64,000 bases of DNA, from contig CAIUPO010000008.1 of assembly GCA_903901055.1 (NCBI GenBank), forward strand, positions 4,799 through 68,798, read 5' to 3'. Numbering within the stretch: the stretch's first letter is position 1; each line of letters begins with the position of its first letter. A program made the translations under genes and the position numbers. Below, piece after piece: positions 57,849 to 64,000 of this stretch. The notes below the pieces were generated by a model. The model was not told the DNA's origin. It did no database searches and saw only the letters and a program-made list of their open reading frames with translations. This DNA comes from an uncultured Bacteroidota bacterium. Its GTDB lineage: Bacteria; Bacteroidota; Bacteroidia; JABEUT01.

Positions 57849-58514
57849 TCAAGAAGCTAATGCGTTTAACCAAAGCACCAGATAAACGATAAACATAATT
57901 AAGAAAACGAAACTTAATACAGCAAAAATGCAACCAAATTCCCCTTGGGTGGTGGTGGCTGTGGCCCAGTCAGTCGTTCCAAATAATGCGCCGCAAATGA
58001 AAAATAAGCCAAGCAAAACAATCCACAGCGTTAAGTATTTCCCTTTTTTAGAATCGTCGTGCTTGTAAATATGGTCATTATGACCTGCATAAGGGTCGTT
58101 TAAGGAGTTCTCTTTTTGAGAAATAGTTGTAGTTGTAAATGTATTTGTGCTTTTTGCAATGGCTGTTGCCTGTTGTACTCCTTTTTTATCAGTGGTTTCA
58201 TTCGCCCCCGCAGTTGATGTCATTTCTTTAAAAAGGGCTTTACCCAACCTTGCTGTTCGCTTAATAAATGAAAGGGTTTCTCCCGTCTCCTTTGCCATGT
58301 TGGATTCAGTATTTACAGTAATATCAGGGCCTCCGCTAGTATAGGCTGTATTCACTTTGGGAACAGGTTCAAAAAAATGGCCCTTGGTATATTTCCTTTT
58401 TCCAAATGAAGTGACAGTATTATAGGTTGTGCAATATGAAAACAACACAACTGTTAATAATAAGCAAAGGAGTTTAAAATAAGTCCCCGGCTTAATAAAG
58501 TGGTTGGAATCCAT
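57849..58514 (-). CDS. Paralog family member (signal/lipobox, TSFGKRKYTKGHFF, low-complexity linker, C-terminal TM hairpin)
   Basis: LLCLLLTVVLFSYCTTYNTVTSFGKRKYTKGHFFEPVPKVNTAY. NDPYAGHNDHIYKHDDSKKG precedes two C-terminal TM helices ending ...ILWL. The upstream box is TTGTACTAAAA. Confidence 0.6.
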   Translation of the reverse strand: MDSNHFIKPGTYFKLLCLLLTVVLFSYCTTYNTVTSFGKRKYTKGHFFEPVPKVNTAYTSGGPDITVNTESNMAKETGETLSFIKRTARLGKALFKEMTSTAGANETTDKKGVQQATAIAKSTNTFTTTTISQKENSLNDPYAGHNDHIYKHDDSKKGKYLTLWIVLLGLFFICGALFGTTDWATATTTQGEFGCIFAVLSFVFLIMFIVYLVLWLNALAS

Positions 58515-58565
58515 TGTTTAATGAAATTTTAGTACAACGAACTAATAATGGTTTCTTACCCTTTC

Positions 58566-59240
58566 CTAGGAGGATAATGACACCACCCAAAGTATAAAGA
58601 ATACTATTGTACCAATAAGCGAAAGCAGCAGTAAAAGCCCGAAAATACAACCTGTACCGGCGGTAGAGTTGTTATTTACATTGGCTGTATCGGCCCAGTT
58701 TACAAACAAAAGAACCAACAGAAGCGAAAGGGCAAGGCAAATAAGCCATCCGGCTAAAAAAGTTCCCTGCTTTGAATCGTCGTGCTTATAAACATGGTTA
58801 TTCTGCCCTACATAAGGGTCGTTGGAGGAGCTCTCTTTCTTCGAAACGTTTTCTGTTGCAACAGGGCTAGTACTTTTTGCAATGGTTGCGGCCTCCTCTA
58901 TTGCTTTTTTATGGGTACTTTCCTTTACAGTAGCAGTAGTTGCCGGAGCGGTAAAAATGGCTTTCACCGCATTTGTGGTGTTCGTAATCAGGCTTTTATT
59001 AAAGCTAACTTCATTCTGAGGGTTGGCTTCCGATTTTACGGTTGTATTCTGGCTGCCTGCATTGTATGCAGTATTAATTTTAGGTACCGATTCGAAAAAA
59101 TGGCCTTTGGTGTATTTCCTCTTTCCAAAGGAAGAAGCCACATTATTATAGGTTGTACAATATGAAAACAGTACAACTGTAAGGGATAAACAAAGGAATT
59201 TTGCAAAATTCCCGGCCTTGAAAAAATGGTTTGAACTCAT
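58566..59240 (-). CDS. Paralog family member
   Basis: FLCLSLTVVLFSYCTTYNNVASSFGKRKYTKGHFFESVPKINTAY. NDPYVGQNNHVYKHDDSKQG is followed by a TM hairpin. The upstream box is TTGTACTTTAGCC. Confidence 0.6.
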   Translation of the reverse strand: MSSNHFFKAGNFAKFLCLSLTVVLFSYCTTYNNVASSFGKRKYTKGHFFESVPKINTAYNAGSQNTTVKSEANPQNEVSFNKSLITNTTNAVKAIFTAPATTATVKESTHKKAIEEAATIAKSTSPVATENVSKKESSSNDPYVGQNNHVYKHDDSKQGTFLAGWLICLALSLLLVLLFVNWADTANVNNNSTAGTGCIFGLLLLLSLIGTIVFFILWVVSLSS

Positions 59241-59399
59241 TAATTAGTAGTGTTTAAGTGGCTAAAGTACAAAACTTATTTAATCTGCAATAAATTTTTA
59301 TTTGAATAGCAAGCCAATCTTAATTCCCTTAGCCTCAAATAAAAAAGGGCTTTGAGTTTTTATACCCAAAGCCCCTTTTAATAGTGCTATTATGAATCC

Positions 59400-60107
59400 T
59401 TACTTGGAAATATCAACCAACCAAAGGATGAAGAACACAATAGATACAATAAAGCATATCCATCCGATTAGGCCAAAAAGTACCGCTAATCCGAAACTGC
59501 CCGCACTACCGGTAGTAGCAGTTCCAACTGCAAAAACAATTTCCAGCAAAATACATATCAGCCAAATAGCAAGGAAAAGCAAACACATTTTTAAATAGTG
59601 GTTCATGCCAGAATCACTACTGCTGCTGCCATGCTCATTATATCCTGCTTGCGAATTAGTGGAGTTTTCTTTCAAGGAAACATTGTTACTGCTTAGTGAA
59701 AGTGTAGTTGAACCGGATGAGATTGAAAGCCCGCTTGATTTAGACAAGTTAATATTCAACAAACCATGCTTTGCTTTGGTAACTGAATTGGTTGCAGCCA
59801 CTGGAGCGGTTGCTTTGTTATCAGAAGTTGCAACGGTTGTGGTATTAGAATTAAATTTTTGAACAGCAGGGGTGTTTTTAGTATCCACACCTTTAGGTTG
59901 TGCAATTGCTAAAGCAGGGCCGGCAGGTTTATAATTGGTTTTAACTTTCGCAACCGGGTCAGAGAAATGCCCATGGGTATATTTCCTCTTTCCAAAGGAA
60001 GAGGCTACTTTATTGGAGGATGTGCAGGATGCTAAAAACCCTACAGTTACAAAGACAAGCGCTGCAGGGACAAGGTTTCTCAACTTCGAAGAGATGGATG
60101 TTTTCAT
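59400..60107 (-). CDS. Paralog family member
   Basis: LASCTSSNKVASSFGKRKYTHGHFSDPVAKVKTNY. The linker is Ser/Thr/Ala-rich. The C-terminal TM hairpin ends ...FFILWLVDISK. The upstream box is TTGTACTTTAGCC. Confidence 0.6.
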   Translation of the reverse strand: MKTSISSKLRNLVPAALVFVTVGFLASCTSSNKVASSFGKRKYTHGHFSDPVAKVKTNYKPAGPALAIAQPKGVDTKNTPAVQKFNSNTTTVATSDNKATAPVAATNSVTKAKHGLLNINLSKSSGLSISSGSTTLSLSSNNVSLKENSTNSQAGYNEHGSSSSDSGMNHYLKMCLLFLAIWLICILLEIVFAVGTATTGSAGSFGLAVLFGLIGWICFIVSIVFFILWLVDISK

Positions 60108-60189
60108 TCTGGGTGTTTTAATATTTTATTGGGAGGCTAAAGTACAATTTTTTTGAAATGGAATACAAATGGCAACGGTTACTGTTTTA

Positions 60190-60858
60190 TTAAATTGAAA
60201 CAAGCCACAAAATAAGGTATATCACTCCTACTACGCCAAATAGGATTGCTCCCCATAACATAAGGCAGCCCAAGCAACCGCTGCCACCTAAATTTGCCAA
60301 GAGCAGCAGCAGGTAAAACGTCATGGCTAAAAGTAAGCAAGAAAGCGCATAAATAAAGCGAGTACCGGATCTTGCTGATTTCCCTTCATCATAGCTTGAA
60401 CCGCTAATTTCATTTGAATTATCTTGTTTGGCATTAATTGTTTCAGTAAAGGAACTCCTTGCTTTATCCAGAAATGGAGGTTTGCTTAAAAATAAAGCTC
60501 CTGAAGATATGGCTGCAATAATTGGTGTGATCTTATGTGTAAAGGCAACTTTGTTTTCTGTTGGCATTTTTAACAGGGTATAGTTTGAATCAAAAGTGGA
60601 ACCAACTCTTCTATCAGTTGCAATCTTGATGGCCTCCCCCCCTTTTGTTTCATTGGAAATAGAAATGGGTGTACTTCCAGGATTAAATTTCGTCCTGACT
60701 TTTCCGATAGGGTCGGAAAAATGGCCCTTGGTATACTTTCTCTTTCCAAAAGAAGCTGTTTTTATTGAAGAGGTACAAAAGGATAACAGGTTAACCACAC
60801 AAAACAACAAGAGTAGGTAAAATACTTTTTTACTGTTGTCCAAATAGTGAGATTTCAT
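60190..60858 (-). CDS. Paralog family member
   Basis: LLSFCTSSIKTASFGKRKYTKGHFSDPIGKVRTKF. The C-terminal TM hairpin ends ...IYLILWLVSI. The upstream box is TTGTACATTG. Confidence 0.6.
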   Translation of the reverse strand: MKSHYLDNSKKVFYLLLLFCVVNLLSFCTSSIKTASFGKRKYTKGHFSDPIGKVRTKFNPGSTPISISNETKGGEAIKIATDRRVGSTFDSNYTLLKMPTENKVAFTHKITPIIAAISSGALFLSKPPFLDKARSSFTETINAKQDNSNEISGSSYDEGKSARSGTRFIYALSCLLLAMTFYLLLLLANLGGSGCLGCLMLWGAILFGVVGVIYLILWLVSI

Positions 60859-61136
60859 AAAGGGTATTATTTATCAAAATTAAGATGACAATGTACAATT
60901 ATTATTAAATGACCAATTGAACCGATAAAAAGAATGTTTCAACAGCACATTCCCTCTGTTCATCTATTTTTCTTTTGAATGCGTTGATTCAGTTGGTAAT
61001 TTAAGGTTAGTAAAAACCTATTCTATACCAATATGTGAATAATGGAAAATTACCATGAGATTATATAAGAGCCATGGTTTTAAGGGAAGCTAACTTGCAA
61101 ACTAAAATCAAATAAATCACTTTAACACCTACCATT

Positions 61137-61766
61137 ATGAAACCTTCACACCGTACTTTCGCACTTTACACGGCATTTATGCTTTGTATTACCCCTGCGG
61201 TCTTTAGTCAGAGTGGTTCCGATGAGACCATATTTGGTAAAGGCTCAAATGTAATAAGCCTTGGCGTTGGAATTGGTGGAGCCTATACCTATTATGGCGA
61301 TGGCTATACTTCTACCCCTAATTTTGTAATCTCTTATGATAATGGCACATTTGGCAATGTTGGGCCTGGCACAATTAGCCTAGGTGCACTATTCGCATAC
61401 AAGGGAATAGCCTATAGCTATACCGATTTTTATTCCCGTTATAATTACGACCAAAAATGGAACTACTATATCCTCGGTGTTCGTAGCGCTTATCATTTAA
61501 GTATTCCAAGTGTACCAAGGTTCGATCCATACATTGGCATTATGCTGGCTTATTATGATATAAGCTATAAAGAGACTAGCACCGACCCGTTTTTTAATGT
61601 ACCCGGAAGTCCCTATTATTATTACTATTCCAATAGCTACGCAAGTTACATGGCTTTCAGTCTTTATATAGGTGCCAGGTATTTTGTAAGCGACCATATA
61701 GGCTTCTGGCTCGAGCTTGGATATGGCTATTCAAATGCAGCACTCGGCATAAGTTTCAAGCTATAA
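61137..61766 (+). CDS. Outer-membrane beta-barrel domain protein (Tyr/Gly-rich)
   Basis: It has a signal peptide. Amphipathic Y/G-rich strands alternate, and the C-terminus ends with an aromatic or hydrophobic residue (LGISFKL). Confidence 0.55.
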   Translation: MKPSHRTFALYTAFMLCITPAVFSQSGSDETIFGKGSNVISLGVGIGGAYTYYGDGYTSTPNFVISYDNGTFGNVGPGTISLGALFAYKGIAYSYTDFYSRYNYDQKWNYYILGVRSAYHLSIPSVPRFDPYIGIMLAYYDISYKETSTDPFFNVPGSPYYYYYSNSYASYMAFSLYIGARYFVSDHIGFWLELGYGYSNAALGISFKL

Positions 61767-61778
61767 TCAGAAGGTTTT

Positions 61779-62429
61779 ATGAAATCATTCAGGTTTTTTC
61801 TGGTTTTAGTAACAGCGCTTTTAAGCGGAAACAAAGGGATAGCACAAACAGAGATTAATGATGATTATTATAAACCGGCAAAGAGTCGACCTGTTTATTC
61901 AGAAAGCTCAAACCTGATTTATGCCGGAATTGGAGAGGGCGGATATTACCCCTATTCCGGATTAAGATATACCCAGAAACCCAATATCACTTTAATTTAC
62001 GAACGTGTTATATTCAAACACTTAGGCCCTGGAACATTAAATGCAGGGCCCTTACTTTCATTTAAAAATATTGCAAGCCAGTATTTAGATTATAATACAG
62101 GATTTAAATATGAACAGCGTTGGAATTATTATCACATAGGGGCCCGACTGGCCTACAATTTACATATTTTTCCGGGTAATTCAATTGTGCCTTATGCAGG
62201 TGCTATGATAGGCTACTATATCACCGATTTTAAATTTAGCAGTAATGACCCTAATTATTCCGATCCAACTGACCCCGCTTACTATCTGACAACGAATAGA
62301 TACCCCGATTTTTTTGCCATGAGTATTTTAGCCGGCATTCGCTCTACAATGGGTTACCATACAAGTGTTTGGCTGGAACTTGCTTATGGTTATTCTTCAG
62401 TTTCATTTGGTGTTTGTTATAGCCTGTAA
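61779..62429 (+). CDS. Outer-membrane beta-barrel domain protein, paralog of the upstream gene
   Basis: It has a signal peptide and the same strand pattern (WLELAYGYSSVSFGVCYSL). It lies 12 nt downstream of its paralog. Confidence 0.55.
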   Translation: MKSFRFFLVLVTALLSGNKGIAQTEINDDYYKPAKSRPVYSESSNLIYAGIGEGGYYPYSGLRYTQKPNITLIYERVIFKHLGPGTLNAGPLLSFKNIASQYLDYNTGFKYEQRWNYYHIGARLAYNLHIFPGNSIVPYAGAMIGYYITDFKFSSNDPNYSDPTDPAYYLTTNRYPDFFAMSILAGIRSTMGYHTSVWLELAYGYSSVSFGVCYSL

Positions 62430-62540
62430 ACGGCCTTTCTAAAAATATTTTCTGTTGTTAATAAAATCTAACAACTTTGAACCTTGAAATGTGGTGCAAA
62501 ATTTATAAATTTGCGCACAAATCCAAAACCCACCCAAGCC

Positions 62541-64000
62541 ATGAGTTCAATTCGCTTTAAAGCCTTGCAGGAAGCCATTTCCAGGCAACCAATCAATGTT
62601 GACCTTCCATCGAATAAAGTATCCGATTTTTTCGGTGAGAATGTATTCAGTCACCAGGTAATGCAAAAATACCTCTCCGAAGGGGTTTTAAAGACTTTAA
62701 AAGTAGCGATAGATACCAATACCTCCATTGACCGTGCAACCGCTGACGAAGTGGCCATTGCCATGAAGACATGGGCGTTGGAAAATGGTGTTACACACTA
62801 TACCCACTGGTTTCAGCCACTTACAGGTGCTACAGCCGAAAAACATGATGTGTTTCTGGATGTATCCCCGGAGGGTAAAGCCATGGAAAAATTCGGAGGC
62901 GGACAATTGGTTCAACAGGAACCTGATGCTTCCAGTTTTCCAAGCGGTGGAATAAGGAGTACTTTTGAAGCAAGAGGATACACAGGTTGGGATCCATCTT
63001 CCCCAGCTTTTATTTTTGGAAAAACACTTTGTATACCCACAATTTACATTTCATATACCGGTGAGGCTCTGGATTATAAGACCCCGTTACTTAAAGCAGT
63101 GAATGCACTCAATAATGCAGCCATTCCGGTATGTAATTACTTCGATAAAAATGTAAAAAAAGTAGTGGCCACCCTGGGTTGGGAACAGGAATATTTCCTG
63201 GTAGATGAAGCCCTTTTTAATGCCCGCCCCGACCTTGTTCATGCAGGCAGAGCATTATTTGGAGCTAACCCGGCAAAAGGCCAGCAATTGGAAGACCATT
63301 ATTTTGGTTCGATTCCGGAAAGGGTAAATGAATATATGCGCGATTTTGAAACCGAATCCTATAAATTAGGTATCCCGTTAAAAACAAGGCATAACGAGGT
63401 TGCCCCAAACCAATACGAGGTTGCCCCTATTTTCGAAGAAGTAAATATTGCTGTTGACCACAATCAGCTCCTCATGGACCTGATGGAAAAGGTAGCCCGC
63501 AGGCATAAACTAAGGTGCTTGTTTTATGAAAAACCTTTTGCCGGAGTAAACGGTTCTGGTAAGCATAATAACTGGAGTATGGCCACTGACACAGGTGTTA
63601 ACCTGCTCAGCCCCGGCAAAACCCCGGATTCAAACCTGCAGTTCCTTACCTTCTTTGTTAACACTATAAAGGCAGTTCATGATTATTCTGATATTTTAAG
63701 AGCAAGCATAGCCTCGGCAGGAAATGAACACAGACTTGGCGCAAATGAAGCCCCACCTGCTATTATTTCTGTATTTATCGGACAACAGCTTACCAAAGTG
63801 CTCGACAATTTTGAAAAGAAAGTTAAAGTAGAAAAATCATCCGGAAAGAAGTCACTTAAGCTTGATATTGGCCACATTCCGGAATTAATGCTTGATAATA
63901 CCGACCGTAACCGTACTTCTCCATTTGCTTTCACAGGTAATAAATTTGAATTCCGTGCAGTAGGTTCTTCAGCTAACTGTGCCCAATCAATGTTAGTGCT
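62541..64000 (+). CDS. glnN: Glutamine synthetase type III (GlnN), 5' partial. The gene continues beyond the window.
   Basis: The open frame runs from ATG at 62541 to the window end. It is not in the ORF track because no stop codon falls within the window. The N-terminal region (RFKALQE...NVFSHQVMQKYL...DRATADEVAIAMKTWALENGVTHYTHWFQPLTG) is typical of GSIII. Antisense ORFs 62697..62915 and 63683..63934 lie inside it. Confidence 0.75.
   Translation, partial: MSSIRFKALQEAISRQPINVDLPSNKVSDFFGENVFSHQVMQKYLSEGVLKTLKVAIDTNTSIDRATADEVAIAMKTWALENGVTHYTHWFQPLTGATAEKHDVFLDVSPEGKAMEKFGGGQLVQQEPDASSFPSGGIRSTFEARGYTGWDPSSPAFIFGKTLCIPTIYISYTGEALDYKTPLLKAVNALNNAAIPVCNYFDKNVKKVVATLGWEQEYFLVDEALFNARPDLVHAGRALFGANPAKGQQLEDHYFGSIPERVNEYMRDFETESYKLGIPLKTRHNEVAPNQYEVAPIFEEVNIAVDHNQLLMDLMEKVARRHKLRCLFYEKPFAGVNGSGKHNNWSMATDTGVNLLSPGKTPDSNLQFLTFFVNTIKAVHDYSDILRASIASAGNEHRLGANEAPPAIISVFIGQQLTKVLDNFEKKVKVEKSSGKKSLKLDIGHIPELMLDNTDRNRTSPFAFTGNKFEFRAVGSSANCAQSMLV

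Noticed and set aside
62697-63934. Minus-strand ORFs 62697..62915 and 63683..63934
   Set aside because: They are antisense inside the glnN (GSIII) reading frame, which is open to the window end.
1-64000. Mobile elements, CRISPR arrays, tRNA/rRNA genes
   Set aside because: I found no transposase, integrase or recombinase ORFs. There are no regularly spaced direct repeats with unique spacers. There are no cloverleaf-compatible tRNA candidates in the intergenic regions I examined (5849-6170, 36107-36619, 42996-43197, 60859-61136).

Overview
This 64-kb window looks like a Bacteroidota chromosome segment, probably Chitinophagaceae or Sphingobacteriia-like, at about 40% GC. It carries T9SS type A and type B C-terminal sorting domains, a Bacteroidetes-type TAnnTTTG -7 promoter box, and a bTHX ribosomal protein. 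I found no transposase, integrase, CRISPR array, tRNA or rRNA.

Gene content from 5' to 3':
- A phenylacetate catabolic cluster (paaC, paaD, then paaG) interrupted by two tandemly duplicated PAS-domain sensor histidine kinases on the opposite strand. One kinase has a 1-nt frameshift in its ATPase domain.
- A glycan-biosynthesis block (asnB-like amidotransferase, GT4, GT2, and a GT-C membrane protein).
- A large island of giant secreted adhesin-like proteins with T9SS type B (gliding-motility CHU_C) C-terminal domains. These include SprB-repeat, PKD, NIDO and Ig-like modules. They are interleaved with a tandem Usp, a bTHX ribosomal protein with a histone H1-like tail, TrmH, UDP-xylose synthase and UDP-glucose dehydrogenase.
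- A TMEM175-like channel gene overlapping lnt.
- Two T9SS type A cargo proteins. One is an NHL-repeat protein. The other is a tail-fibre-like protein with a Peptidase_S74 intramolecular chaperone domain whose signal peptide is cut off by an in-frame TAG.
- A bactofilin, AtpZ-like, small membrane protein module.
- A GT-C and TMTC-like (DUF1736+TPR) gene pair that suggests protein O-glycosylation.
- A proline-rich repeat surface protein.
- A locus of five diversified paralogs (lipoprotein signal, conserved SSFGKRKYTKGHF motif, variable low-complexity linker, C-terminal TM hairpin). Each paralog sits behind the same conserved TTGTACTTTAGCC promoter box, and the locus surrounds an S8 subtilisin and two small secreted paralogs. 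This paralog locus is my best candidate for an undescribed system.
- Two outer-membrane beta-barrel paralogs and the 5' part of a type III glutamine synthetase.
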